Source: Balanoglossus misakiensis
Lineage: Eukaryota; Animalia; Hemichordata
NCBI GenBank assembly: GCA_040954595.2
Contig: CM082583.2
Span: forward strand, 1,064,925 to 1,128,924
Direction of reading: 5' to 3'
DNA length: 64,000 nt
Within the stretch, counting starts at the first letter, position 1. Every line of letters starts with the position of its first letter. Below the pieces are notes generated by a model. It did no database searches. It had not been told where the DNA came from and was given only the letters and a program-made list of their open reading frames with translations. Positions 33,801-47,400 of the stretch are shown here, piece by piece. A program made the translations under genes and the position numbers.

Positions 33801-36800
33801 AAAAAGACAATTTTTCGAAAAAAAGTCGGAAAATGGTAATTTTGTCTTGGGTGATTCAAATTATACCACCTTTTCTGGAATTTGCAGCACTTTTTACAAG
33901 AGAACGACACTTCATGCTCCATAATATTTCCGAAAATGAAGAAAAGAGTTAATTTTTTATGATTTTTTAAAAAATTACCATTTTTGTCAAAATATGGCCA
34001 AAATGGCTATTTTTTCTTGAATTCCGTCAATATCTCTGCATTTTTGGAGAGGTAGAAAGTTTTAACATACAATCAACATGTCATATATGATCAGGGCACC
34101 AAATTCGAAGATAAAAGGTTTTTTTATTTTTTTTTTCTAAAAATGGCATTTTCAAGGAAAATTTTGTAAAACGCAATTTTGTCTGCAGTGAGCCAAATTA
34201 GACGGTCTTTTGTGGAATTTGTATCGATATATACATACGAAGAGCATTCTATACTCCATCAGATTTCCGAAAATGTAGAAAACAGGTATTTTTTGTAATT
34301 TTCAAAAATTTACCATTTTGACCAAATTGTGGCTAAAATTGTTATTTTCGTGTTGAATGCCGCCAGTGTCACTGCTTTTAAAAGTCATAAAAACTTTTAA
34401 CATACAAGCAATTGTTTATATATGATCAGGTCACCGAATTAAAAAAATAAAGAATGTTTTGCCTAAAAATGACCTTTTTGGTGCAAAAACGAATAAAACG
34501 CAATTTTGCATTAAATCAGCTCATTCAGAGTGCATTTTTATAATCAGCACCATTTTTACATATAATGGAAATGTCATACATCATCATCAGATATCCAAAT
34601 ATGAAAAGATGATTTACATTTTAGATGATTGTCCAAAATTAGCTGATATCTGATAAATGTAGTATTTAACCGTTCTGTTCCCCCCCCCCCCTACATTATA
34701 TGCGGTACGCTGATGTCAGCTTACCCGGCAGTACTGCAGGCCGTGCCCCCAACTAACGTCGGTGTTTGAAACGCCCTGGTTAAATTCGGGCTTTCTCTAT
34801 AAATTGACAGGCAATAATGCAGTCCTCCCGGAACAAATGTCGAGTGTTGACCCGCTGTGACTTTCCCTCTTCGGTTTGCCCGACTTAGCCAACGTCTTTG
34901 TACTAGAGTGTCGGGTCTTTTGCAGAGCCAGGCCGAAGGAAATCCGACTTGATCACCGTTGCTAACGAACGCTAGTGTCTGTCATGGTGTGCCGGGGTTT
35001 TAGTTGAGCCAGGCCGTAGGAGATCTGACTTGATCATCGTGGTCAATGTACGCGTGTTTCCGCTCTAAAGTGCCGGGGCTTCAGCTAAACCAGGCCGAAG
35101 GAAATCCGACGTAATCACCGTTGATAACTTACGCCTGTCTGTGTCATATAGAGCCGGTGCACCAGCCGAGTCACGCCGTAGGAAATCTGACTTGATCAAC
35201 GTGGTCAATGTACGCCTGTTTCTGCTCTAGAGTGCCGGGGCTTCAGCTGAGCCAGGCCGTAGGAAACCCGACGTGATTACCGTTGTTAACTTACGCCAGT
35301 CTGTGTCCTATATATAGTGCCGGGGCATCAGCCGTGCCAGGCCGAAGGAAATGTGAGTAGATCAACGTGGTCTCTGTACGCGTGTTTCTGCTCTAGAGTG
35401 CCAGGGCTTTAGCCAAGCCATGCCGTAGGAAATCTGACTTGATCAACGTTGCTAACGAACGCTAGTGTCTGTCATAGTGTGCCGGGGTTTTAGTCGAGCC
35501 AAGCCGTAGGAGATCAGACTTGATCAACGTGGTCTCTGTACGCGTGTTTCTGCTCTAGAGTGCCGGGGCTTTATCCAAGCCATGCCGTAGAAAATCTGAC
35601 TTGATCACCGTTGCTAACGTACGCTAGTGTCTGTCATATTGTGACGGAGATTTAGCCGAGCCAGGCCGTAGAAAAATCGACTTGTTCAACGTTACCAGTG
35701 TGCAACTGTTTCTGCTCTAGAGTGTCAGGGTTTTAGCCGACTTATGCTGTAGGAAATCTGAGTTGATGAACGCGAATTCAATGTTAGAAAACCCGTGTGG
35801 AAAGTATCTCTACCCGTTTGAAACTAAGAAAAGAATTTATTCTTATTTATTTTGTAAAAAAGACAATTTTTCGAAAAAAAGTCGAAAAATTGCAATTTTG
35901 TCTTGGGTGATTCAAATTATACCGCCTTTTCTGGAATTTGCAGCACTTTTTACAAGAGAACGACACTTCATGCTCCATAATATTTCCGAAAATGAAGAAA
36001 AGAGTTAATTTTTTATGATTTTTCAAAAATTTACCATTTTTGTCAAAATATGGCCAAAATGGCTATTTTTCTTGAATTCCGTCAATATCTCTGCATTTTT
36101 GGAGTGGTCGAGTGTTTTAACATACAATCAACATGTCATATATGATCAGGGCACCAAATTCGAAAAACAAAGGTTTTTTTATTTTTTTTTCTAAAAATGA
36201 CATTTTCAAGGAAAATTTTGTAAAACGCAATTTTGTCTGCAGTGAGCCAAATTAGACGGTCTTTTGTGGAATTTGTATCGATATATACATACGAAGAGCA
36301 TTCTATACTCCATCAGATTTCCGAAAATGTAGAAAACAGGTATTTTTTGTAACTTTCCAAAAATTACCATTTTGACCAAATTGTGGCTAAAATTGTTATT
36401 TTCGTGATGAATGCCGCCAGTGTCACTGCTTTTAAAAGTCATAAAAACTTTTAACATACAAGCAATTGTTTATATATGATCAGGTCACCGAATTAAAAAA
36501 TAAAGAATGTTTTGACTAAAAATCAGCTCATTCAGAGTGCATTTTTTATAATCAGCACCATTTTTACATATAATGGAAATTTCATACATCATCAGATATC
36601 CAAATATGAAAAAATGATTTAGATTTTAGATGATTGTCGAAAATTAGCTGATATCTAATAAATGTAGTATTGAACCGTTCTGTTCCCCCCCCCCCCTACA
36701 TTATATGCGGTACGCCGATGTCAGCTTACCCGGCAGTACTGCAGGCCGTGCCCCCAACTAACGTCGGTGTTTGAAACGCCCGGGTTTAATTCGGGCTTTC

Positions 36801-39684
36801 TCAATAAATTGACAGGCAATAATGCAGTCCTACCCGAACAAATGTCGAGTATTGACCAGCTGTGACTTTCCCTCTTCGGTTTGCCCGACTTAGCCAACGT
36901 CTTTGTACTAGAGTGTCGGGTCTTTTGCAGAGCCAGGCCGAAGGAAATCCGACTTGATCACCGTTGCTAACGAACGCTAGTGTCTGTCATGGTGTGCCGG
37001 GGTTTTAGTCGAGCCAGGCCGTAGGAGATCTGACTTGATCATCGTGGTCAATGTACGCGTGTTTCCGCTCTAAAGTGCCGGGGCTTCAGCTAAACCAGGC
37101 CGTAGGAAATCCGACGTAATCACCGTTGATAACTTACGCCAGTCTGTCTCATATAGAGCCGGTGCACCAGCCGAGTCACGCCGTAGGAAATCTGACTTGA
37201 TCAACGTGGTCAATGTACGCCTGTTTCTGCTCTAGAGTGCCGGGGCTTCAGCTGAGCCAGGCCGTAGGAAACCCAACGTGATTACCGTTGTTAACTTACG
37301 CCAGTCTGTGTCCTATATATAGTAACGGGGCATCAGCCGTGCCAGGCCGAAGGAAATGTGAGTAGATCAACGTGGTCTCTGTAGGCGTGTTTCTGCTCTA
37401 GAGTGCCAGGGCTTTAGCCAAGCCATGCCGTAGGAAATCTGACTTGATCAACGTTGCTAACGAACGCTAGTGTCTGTCATGGTGTGCCGGGGTTTTAGTC
37501 GAAACAGGCCGTAGGAGATCTGACTTGATCATCGTGGTCAATGTACGCGTGTTTCCGCTCTAAAGTGCCGGGGCTTCAGCTAAACCAGGCCGTAGGAAAT
37601 CTGACTTGATCACCGTTGCTAACATACGCTAGTGTCTGTCATATTGTGACGGAGATTTAGCCGAGCCAGGCCGTAGAAAAATCGACTTGTTCAACGTTAC
37701 CAGTGTGCAACTGTTTCTGCTCTAGAGTGTCTGGGTTTTAGCCGACTTATGCTGTAGGAAATCTGAGTTGATGAACGGGAATTCAATGTTAGAAAACCCG
37801 TGTGGAAAGTATCTCTACCCGTTTGAAACTAAGAAAAGAATTTATTCTTATTTATTTTGTAAAAAAGACAATTTTTCGAAAAAAAGTCGAAAATGGTAAT
37901 TTTGTCTTGGGTGATTCAAATTATACCACCTTTTCTGGAATTTGCAGCACTTTTTACAAGAGAACGACACTTCATGCTCCATAATATTTCCGAAAATGAA
38001 GAAAAGAGTTAATTTTTTATGATTTTTTAAAAAATTACCATTTTGTCAAAATATGGCCAAAATGGCTATTTTTTCTTGAATTCCGTCAATATCTCTGCAT
38101 TTTTGGAGAGGTAGAAAGTTTTAACATACAATCAACATGTCATATATGATCAGGGCACCAAATTCGAAGAACAAAGGTTTTTTATTTTTTTCTAAAAATG
38201 ACATTTTCAAGGAAAATTTGGTAAAACGCAATTTTGTCTGCAGTGAGCCAAATTAGACTGTATTTTGTGGAATTTGTATCGATATATACATACGAAGAGC
38301 ATTCTATACTCCATCAGATTTCCGAAAATGTAGAAAACAGGTATTTTTTGTAATTTTTAAAAATTTACCATTTTGACCAAATTGTGGTTAAAATTGTTAT
38401 TTTCGTGTTGAATGCCGCCAGTGTCACTGCTTTTAAAAGTCATAAAAACTTTTAACATACAAGCAATTGTTTATATATGATCAGGTCACCGAATTAAAAA
38501 AAAATTGTCTGCGGTGAGCCAAATTGGCCGTTTTTTGTGGAATTTGTATCGATATATATATACGAAGAGGATTCTATACTCCATCAGATTTCCGAAAATG
38601 TAGAAAACAGGTATTTTTTGTAATTTTCAAAAATTTACCATTTTGACCAAATTGTGGTTAAAATTGTTATTTTCGTGTTGAATGCCGCCAGTGTCACTGC
38701 TTTTAAAAGTCATAAAAACTTTTAACATACAAGCAATTGTTTGTATATGATCAGGTCACCGAATTAAAAAAAATAAAGAATGTTTTGCCTAAAAATGACC
38801 TTTTTGGTGCAAAAACGAATAAAACGCAATTTTGTATTAAATCAGCTCATTCAGAGTGCATTTTTTTATAATCAGCACCATCTTTACATATAATAGAAAT
38901 TTCATACATCATCAGATATCCAAATATGAAAAAATGATTTAGATTTTAGATGATTGTCCAAAATTAGCTGATATCTAATAAATGTAGTATTGAACCGTTC
39001 TGTTCCCCCCCCCCCCTACATTATATGCGGTACGCCGATGTCAGCTTACCCGGCAGTACTGCAGGCCGTGCCCCCCCCCCCCCAACTAACGTCGGTGTTT
39101 GAAACGCCCTGGTTAAATTCGGGCTTTCTCTATAAATTGACAGGCAATAATGCAGTCCTACCCGAACAAATGTCGAGTGTTGACCCGCTGTGACTTCCCC
39201 TCTTCGGTTTGCCCGACTTAGCCAACGTCTTTGTACTAGAGTGTCGGGTCTTTTGCAGAGCCGGGCCGAAGGAAATCCGACTTGATCACCGTTGCTAACG
39301 AACGCTAGTGTCTGTCATGGTGTGCCGGGGTTTTAGTCGAGCCAGGCCGTAGGAGATCTGACTTGATCATCGTGGTCAATGTACGCGTGTTTCCGCTCTA
39401 AAGTGCCGGGGCTTCAGCTAAACCAGGCCGTAGGAAATCCGACGTAATCACCGTTGATAACTTACGCCAGTCTGGATGGAGGGCGCTAGAGTCAGCCATC
39501 TACGGAAGCAGATTTCTAGCACGCTCAGAGTTTTCATCGTTTTTTCACGTGAAATCGGTGAATTTTGTGGCGAAACTGAAGGTATATGCTTTTGGATAGA
39601 TACTTGCAGCTAACTCGAGAGCAAAGAAGCATTTTGATTCTCAGAAGAAAGACATTTTGCTAGTTTTCGTGGTCTCGAGCAAGC

Positions 39685-40857
39685 ATGGCCGTCAAAGACA
39701 AAGCCAGTTATGCGCAGGTGGTGACGACCAAACGCCTGCAAGACAAAGACGGTGAAGTAGGAGTTCTACCCGTCTTTCTGAAGCAGTCGGACATAGTTCC
39801 CAGGGACAGTAATCAATGGCTAAGAGGTGAGGATATTATAGCAGCCGTTTCAGAAGTTGTCACCATCGGCAGCTTGGAAGGGTTGCAACGGATAAGAGGT
39901 CTGTGGCGTATTTATATGAATGACGAAGCAGACCGGACAATTTTGTTACAACATGGACTCACACTACGCGGGAAGTCGATAGAGCTGTGGGGGCGAAATC
40001 CCTTCCGAAGAGAGTTTCATGAAGATTGGTTAAGATTAACGATAAAAGATCTACCATTGTCACACGATGATGATGCTATTGCCGCTACACTTACTGGTTT
40101 GGGCTGTAAGCTCAAAACAGATATATCCAGACAGAAATGGAGGTTAGAAGGCAAGTTGACAAACATTCTTAATGGGGATCGAACTGTGTTCATCGAAAAA
40201 CCAAAGACACCATTACCAGCTCAGGTTAAGATCGGTGCATTTTACGCGAAGATTATTTATAAGCAATCCACAGCGGAGACGCAGCCACGATGCGGCAAAT
40301 GCTTAGAGGAGGGACATACTGCGCACAATTGCACTGGACAAATCAAATGCAGACTCTGTAAAAGAGAGGGGCATATTGCAAGAAATTGTATGACTTCTCA
40401 GGTACACGAAGAATTAACGTCTCAGTCCACCAAATACACAATGCAGAAAAGGTCTACGAATCCTGCCGATGCGGTATCGAGACTAGAAAGTGACAGCACA
40501 CCGTTACAAGGAACATCCAGGCGTGAAACGGGGGACGAAGACCGTGTTGAGAAACCGCAAAGTCTGGCAAACAAAGCACCTGAGCCCTCGAGCTCGAGCG
40601 TTAAATCACAAAGCTCAATTTTAGCGTTCTTAAAAGAGAACAGAGACGATAGACAAAACGATACTAGTGTCAGTGAAGGTGATGTAACGGATATTGAAGG
40701 TGGCGAGGACCGGCGTTATGACACATCAAGAGAAAATTTCTCTGAATTGTCTGCTGAATCGCCACCACTGTTGTCATTGACCCAAAGCAAAGAAAATAAG
40801 AAAAAACGTAAAAGAAGACGAAAGCAGCAGCAGCAAGTCAGAATCAAAGGCTACTGA
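39685..40857 (+). CDS. Tx1/L1 ORF1, gag-like with two CCHC zinc knuckles
   Basis: SYAQV N-terminus, CGKCLEEGHTAHNC and CRLCKREGHIARNC, and a basic C-terminal tract KKKRKRRRK. Confidence 0.93.
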   Translation: MAVKDKASYAQVVTTKRLQDKDGEVGVLPVFLKQSDIVPRDSNQWLRGEDIIAAVSEVVTIGSLEGLQRIRGLWRIYMNDEADRTILLQHGLTLRGKSIELWGRNPFRREFHEDWLRLTIKDLPLSHDDDAIAATLTGLGCKLKTDISRQKWRLEGKLTNILNGDRTVFIEKPKTPLPAQVKIGAFYAKIIYKQSTAETQPRCGKCLEEGHTAHNCTGQIKCRLCKREGHIARNCMTSQVHEELTSQSTKYTMQKRSTNPADAVSRLESDSTPLQGTSRRETGDEDRVEKPQSLANKAPEPSSSSVKSQSSILAFLKENRDDRQNDTSVSEGDVTDIEGGEDRRYDTSRENFSELSAESPPLLSLTQSKENKKKRKRRRKQQQQVRIKGY

Positions 40858-43800
40858 TGGCAGCGCTGAAGTTAGTTACCCTGTATGTCAGGGGTTTCAA
40901 AGACAAAACGAAAAGGAACTGTATATATCGCTGGCTAAAACTCCAAAAAACGAGTATCGCGATTTTACAAGAGTTGCATGGAAATGGAACAGACATTGAC
41001 ACTTGGGAGAAAGAATGGGGAGGGAAAGTATTCTTCTCGAAAGGTGACAATTATAGCAGAGGAACGGCAATATTGATTGAGCGCAGATGTGACCTCACCA
41101 TTGATTCCGTGTGGAATGACGACTTCGGAAGAATTTGCATAATGAACGGTAGCCTTGTAGGTGTTAAGCTTTCAATTTGTAGTGTTTATGCCCCGAATCT
41201 CGTGAAACAAAGAACGGAATTCTTGAAAGATCTAGCTGGCCTGGTTGACACGCACTGCTATTACGAAAATCTTTTTATAGCAGGCGACTTCAATTGTGCA
41301 CTCAACGACACTTTGGACAGAGCGTCAAGTGTGAAATCACGGCAATCACATGATGGATCAAGAAGAGTCTTACGTAGTTTTTGTAATCAGTTTCAACTTA
41401 TTGATGTTTGGAGGAATTTCCACCCTGGGCAACGGCAGTTTACTTGGCGAAGATTGGCCCCATCACCGACTCATAGCCGATTAGATTATGTTTTTATCTC
41501 AAAGCACCTCGTCAAGAATGTCAAAAAATCGGATATTCGTCCTGCTGTACACACAGATCATATGGCTGTTTACGTGGAATTGCAGACCGCTTCAGATTGT
41601 AGAGGGCCTGGTACATGGAAACTGAACAATAGGCTTTTAAAAAATGAAGGCTTTGTCAACGGAGTCAAATCTGTAATCAGAGAGTGTGGTGAGAAGACAT
41701 TCGAAAATAATCGGATGAAATGGGACATCATGAAGAAAGAAATTAAAGAATATGCATTGGAATTTACAAGGTATGGAACAAAAGATCACAATAAGGAAAT
41801 ACCGAAGCTTGAGCAACAGCTAAAAGCGGATGAAAGAAATATGCTGGTGAATCCATCAGATGAAAATATACGGAAATACAGTGAAACCAAACAACGCCTT
41901 GAGAATATTTACAACATACTCGCTGAAGGTGCGCAGATAAGATCGCGTGCAGCGTGGGTGGAAAAGGGAGAAAGGAATACCAAGTATTTTTATCATTAGA
42001 AAAGCGAAATGCAGGAAAAAAGGAAATTAAGGAGCTGGTGACCAGAAGTGGAAAGTGTGTGACAAAAACGGACGAGATTCTGCGGGAACAAAGAGAATTC
42101 TACGAGACGATCTATCAGCGAAAATGTTGCCATCAGTCGATTGACGATTTTTTGGAAAATAGCAGTTTACCAGGACTAACAGCTCTACAAAGTGAACAGT
42201 GCGAAGGTAATTTAACGGAAAGGGAATGTTTGCGCGCTTTGAAGACCATGGCAGCTAACAAGTCTCCGGGATGTGATGGACTTTCGGTCGAATTTTTTCT
42301 TTTCTTTTGGTCAGAAATAAAAACATTTGTCACTTCATCTCTCAATGAAGCCTGGTCGTCAGGGGAACTTTCTGCTACACAAAAAAGAGGTATTATTACA
42401 TTGTTGTATAAAAAGGGAGATGAAAATGACTTGAATAATTGGAGGCCTGTGTCGCTTTTAAACATTGACTACAAAATTGCCACTAAGGCATTATCAAACA
42501 GACTCAAATGTGTTTTACCTACAATTATCCATAGAGATCAGACAGGCTATATGAAAGGCCGTTTTATTGGAGAAAACATTCGCCTGATCTCCGATGTTGT
42601 AGACTACACTAAAAAGCGGCGTTTGGAAGGAGCGATCCTTTTTGTAGATTATGAGAAAGCGTTTGACAGTGTAAATTGGAAATTTTTGTATAGCGTGCTT
42701 AAAAAGATGAATTTTGGTCCAGGCTTTATACGCTGGATTGAAGTTTTATATAGTAATATTTCTAGTTGTATTGTTTATAAGGGATGGTGCTCTGGATACT
42801 TTTCATTACATAGAGGTGTTCGACAGGGATGTTCCCTCTCGGCTTTATTGTTTTTACTTGTGATCGAAGTACTTGCATGTAAAATAAGACAACACGGGGA
42901 GATCAACGGGATCCCCTTATATGGTAATAATACAGCGAAGATTTCATTATTTGCCGACGACACCACTATTTTTACAAGGGATGGTCGGTCATTAGAAAAT
43001 GTTTTTAAAGTTATGGATGATTTTCATCAGTGTGGTGGTTTAAAAATGAGCAACAAGAAAACGAAGGCAATGTGGGTTGGAAAAAACAGAAATAGTGAAA
43101 AGAAAATGGGAAATGTTGAATGGACAAATGAGCCCATCAAAACGCTTGGTGTGTATTTTGGCTATGACACTGAGAAATGTAACAAACTTAACTGGGAGCC
43201 TAAGATTGATAAACTGAAAAAGGTGCTACAAATGTGGGAAAGGAGAAGGCTTACGTTTTATGGGAGAGTGATGATTACGAAGGTTTTTGCAATTTCACAG
43301 ATTTTGTTTTTGACATCAGTGATTGGAATACCTGAAGGCATTAAGTGTGTTGTTCGAAAGCTAATTGATGGTTTTATAAGAAGAAAACGAAATATAAGCA
43401 ATGTAATACTTCAGAGTGATTATGACAAAGGTGGCATCAGATGTGTCAACTTAGACAAGCAAATTGATTCTCTTTATGCAGTATGGGTCAAGAGACTGGT
43501 CTTGTGTAAAGGCAACACTTGGTCTGCTATACCATGGCATTATTTACAAATGGATGACCTTCAGTCATGTAATCTTATTCAGCACAACATTTTCTGGGAA
43601 TCACTACCAAAGGCTTTAGAGTCTGCGATCCCTGAATTTTACGTCAAGGTTTTAAATGCGTGGTACAGTGCAAGTGAAAACATCAAAGGAAACAGAAATG
43701 TAATTTTGAAATGGTGTAGCAAGTTTAACTTTTTCTACAAATCCTTGAAAAATTGTAAATACGGTATTTGGGATGGAAAACACTGGATTTCCATCAATAA

Positions 43801-44413
43801 CGTTACGTGTAAAGCCATTTATGCGAACATTCCACAAAGGAGTCCAAAAGTGGATAAACTTAACAAATGGTACACATTGCTGGAGGTACCAAACCAGACT
43901 ACAAAAGAAAGTGAAACGGTCTGGAAGAACATACACGCAATAACTAAGGAAACAAAGTTGCGGGAATTTCAATGGAAACTTTTACACAGGTTGTTGCCAT
44001 GTAATAAGTATTTGTTTTATTGGAATAAGAGTAGCAGTGTGGATTGTGAACTTAGTAAGATACCAGAGTCTCTTGAGCACAAGTACGTGCGTTGTACTAT
44101 AGCCACATCACTTTGGGCAAAAATCGAGCGCATAATTCGGCAACTTTTTTGTAAAGATTTTGTTTTACAAAGCGCTCATATAATTTTCAATTGCATTAGA
44201 AGTGTTATGCTTTCGAAATCTGAAGAAAATATTGTAAATTTATTGATTTTAGTTTGCAAATGGAGTATACATAAATACTGGCTAAGTGAAACCAGAGCAC
44301 CTTTAATGGTGCTAGTAAAATACGAATTCATATTGAGATACAAGGTATACAAGGAAATATGCAATAATTCAGAAAGTGCAAGAATTTTTGAAGCTATTAT
44401 ATCTATGATGTGA
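40857..44413 (+). pseudogene. Tx1/L1 ORF2 (APE + RT + C-terminal Cys region) broken by a single 1-nt frameshift at ~41990
   Basis: LQELH, YAPN, GDFN, SRLDY and TDH in frame 1. GERNTKYF/LSLEKR spans the shift in a T-run. Then KSPGCDG, NWRPVSLLN, DYEKAFD, GVRQG, FADD and ESLEH...C follow. Confidence 0.93.
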
Positions 44414-47400
44414 GTTTTCGGTTGGTTTCTTTTTTTTGATATGTTAATGTAACACTGAAAGTTTTTTTAATAAAAGATAAAAAAAAAAAAAAAAAAAAAA
44501 AATTACGCCAGTCTGTGTCATATAGAGCCGGTGCACCAGCCGAGTCACACCGTAGGAAATCTGACTTGATCAACGTGGTCAATGTACGCCTGTTTCTGCT
44601 CTAGAATGCCGGGGCTTCAGCTGAGCCAGGCCGTAGTAAACCCGACGTGATTACCGTTGTTAACTTACGCCAGTCTGTGTCCTATATATAGTGCCGGGGC
44701 ATGAGCCGTGCCAGGCCGAAGGAAATGTGAGTAGATCAACGTGGTCTCTGTACGCGTGTTTCTGCTCTAGAGTGCCAGGGCTTTAGCCAAGCCATGCCGT
44801 AGGAAATCTGACTTGATCAACGTTGCTAACGAACGCTAGTGTCTGTCATAGTGTGCCGGGGTTTTAGTCGAGCCAAGCCGTAGGAGATCAGACTTGATCA
44901 ACGTGGTCTCTGTACGCGTGTTTCTGCTCTAGAGTGCCGGGGCTTTATCCAAGCCATGCCGTAGAAAATCTGACTTGATCACCGTTGCTAACGTACGCTA
45001 GTGTCTGTCATATTGTGACGGAGATTTAGCCGAGCCAGGCCGTAGAAAAATCGACTTGTTCAACGTTACCAGTGTGCAACTGTTTCTGCTCTAGAGTGTC
45101 AGGGTTTTAGCCGACTTATGCTGTAGGAAATCTGAGTTGATGCACGGGAATTCAATGTTAGAAAACCCGTGAGGAAAGTATCTCTACCTGTTTGAAACTA
45201 AGAAAAGAATTTATTCTTATTTATTTTGTAAAAAAGACAATTTTTCGAAAAAAAGTCGATAATGGTAATTTTGTCTTGGGTGATTCAAATTATACCGCCT
45301 TTTCTGGAATTTGCAGCACTTTTTACAAGAGAACGACACTTCATGCTCCATAATATTTCCGAAAATGAAGAAAAGAGTTAATTTTTTATGATTTTTTAAA
45401 AATTTACCATTTTTGTCAAAATATGGCCAAAATGGCTATTTTTCTTGAATTCCGTCAATATCTCTGCATTTTTGGAGTGGTCGAGAGTTTTAACATACAA
45501 TCAACATGTCATATATGATCAGGGCACCAAATTCGAAGAACAAAGGTTTTTTTATTTTTTTTTCTAAAAATGACATTTTCAAGGAAAATTTGCTAAAACG
45601 CAATTTTGTCTGCAGTGAGAAAAAATTGGCCGTTTTTTGTGTGGAATTTGTATCGATATATATATACGAAGAGCATTCTATACTCCATCAGATTTCCGAA
45701 AATGTAGAAAACAGGTATTTTTTTTAATTTTCAAAAATTTACCATTTTGACCAAATTGTGGCTAAAATTGTTATTTTCGTGTTGAATGCCGCCAGTGTCA
45801 CTGCTTTTTAAAGTCATAAAAACTTTTAACATACAAGCAATTGTTTATATATGATCAGGTCAACGAATTAAAAAAATAAAGAATGTTTTCCCTAAAAATG
45901 ACCTTTTTGGTGCAAAAACGAATAAAACGCAATTTTGTATTAAATCAGCTCATTCAGAGTGCATTTTTTATAATCAGCACCATTGTTACATATAATGGAA
46001 ATTTCATACATCATCAGATATCCAAATATGAAAAAATGAATTAGATATATTTAAGATGATTGTCCAAAATTAGCTGATATCTGATAAATGTAGTATTGAA
46101 CCGTTCTGTTTCCCCCCCCCTACATTACATGCGGTACGCCGATGTCAGCTTACCCGGCAGTACTGCAGGCCGTGCCCCCAACTAACGTCGGTGTTTGAAA
46201 CGCCCTGGTTAAATTCGAGCTTTCTCTATAAATTGACAGGCAATAATGCAGTCCTACCCGAACAAATGTCGAGTGTTGACCCGCTGTGAGTTTCCCTCTT
46301 CGGTTTGCCCGACTTAGCCAACGTCTTTGTACTAGAGTGTCGGGTCTTTTGCAGAGCCAGGCCGAAGGAAATCCGACTTGATCACCGTTGCTAACGAACG
46401 CTAGTGTCTGTCATGGTGTGCCGGGGTTTTAGTTGAGCCAGGCCGTAGGAGATCTGACTTGATCATCGTGGTCAATGTACGCGTGTTTCCGCTCTAAAGT
46501 GCCGGTGCTTCAGCTAAACCAGGCCGTAGGAAATCCGACGTAATCACCGTTGATAACTTACGCCAGTCTGTGTCATATAGAGCCGGTGCACCAGCCGAGT
46601 CACGCCGTAGGAAATCTGACTTGATCAACGTGGTCAATGTACGCCTGTTTCTGCTCTAGAGTGCCGGGGCATCAGCCGTGCCAGGCCGAAGGAAATGTGA
46701 GTAGATCAACGTGGTCTCTGTACGCGTGTTTCTGCTCTTGAGTGCCACGGCTTTAGCCAAGCTATGCCGTAGAAAATCTGACTTGATCACCGTTGCTAAC
46801 GTACGCTAGTGTCTGTCATATTGTGACGGAGATTTAGCCGAGCCAGGCCGTAGAAAAATCGACTTGTTCAACGTTACCAGTGTGCAACTGTTTCTGCTCT
46901 AGAGTGTCAGGGTTTTAGCCGACTTATGCTGTAGGAAATCTGAGTTGATGAACGGGAATTCAATGTTAGAAAACCCGTGTGGAAAGTATCTCTATCCGTT
47001 TGAAACTAAGAAAAGAATTTATTCTTATTTATTTTGTAAAAAAGACAATTTTTCGAAAAAAGTCGAAAATGGTAATTTTGTCTTGGGTGATTCAAATTAT
47101 ACCGCCTTTTCTGGAATTTGCAGCACTTTTTGCAAGAGAACGACACTTCATGCTCCATAATATTTCGGAAAATGAAGAAAAGAGTTATGTTTTTATGATT
47201 TTTTAAAAATTTACCATTTTTGTCAAAATATGGCCAAAATGGCTATTTTTTCTTGAATTCCGTCAATATCTCTGCATTTTTGGAGTGGTCGAAAGTTTTA
47301 ACATACAATCAACATGTCATATATGATCAGGGCACCAAATTCGAAGGACAAAGGTGTTTTTATTTTTTTTTCTAAAAATGACATTTTCAAGGAAAATTTG

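Larger units (their letters stand above)
39475..44502 (+). mobile_element. Full-length L1/Tx1-clade non-LTR retrotransposon inserted in the satellite
   Basis: 13-bp TSD TTACGCCAGTCTG at 39462-39474 and 44503-44515, AATAAA at ~44469, a poly(A) tail and two ORFs. Confidence 0.96.
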
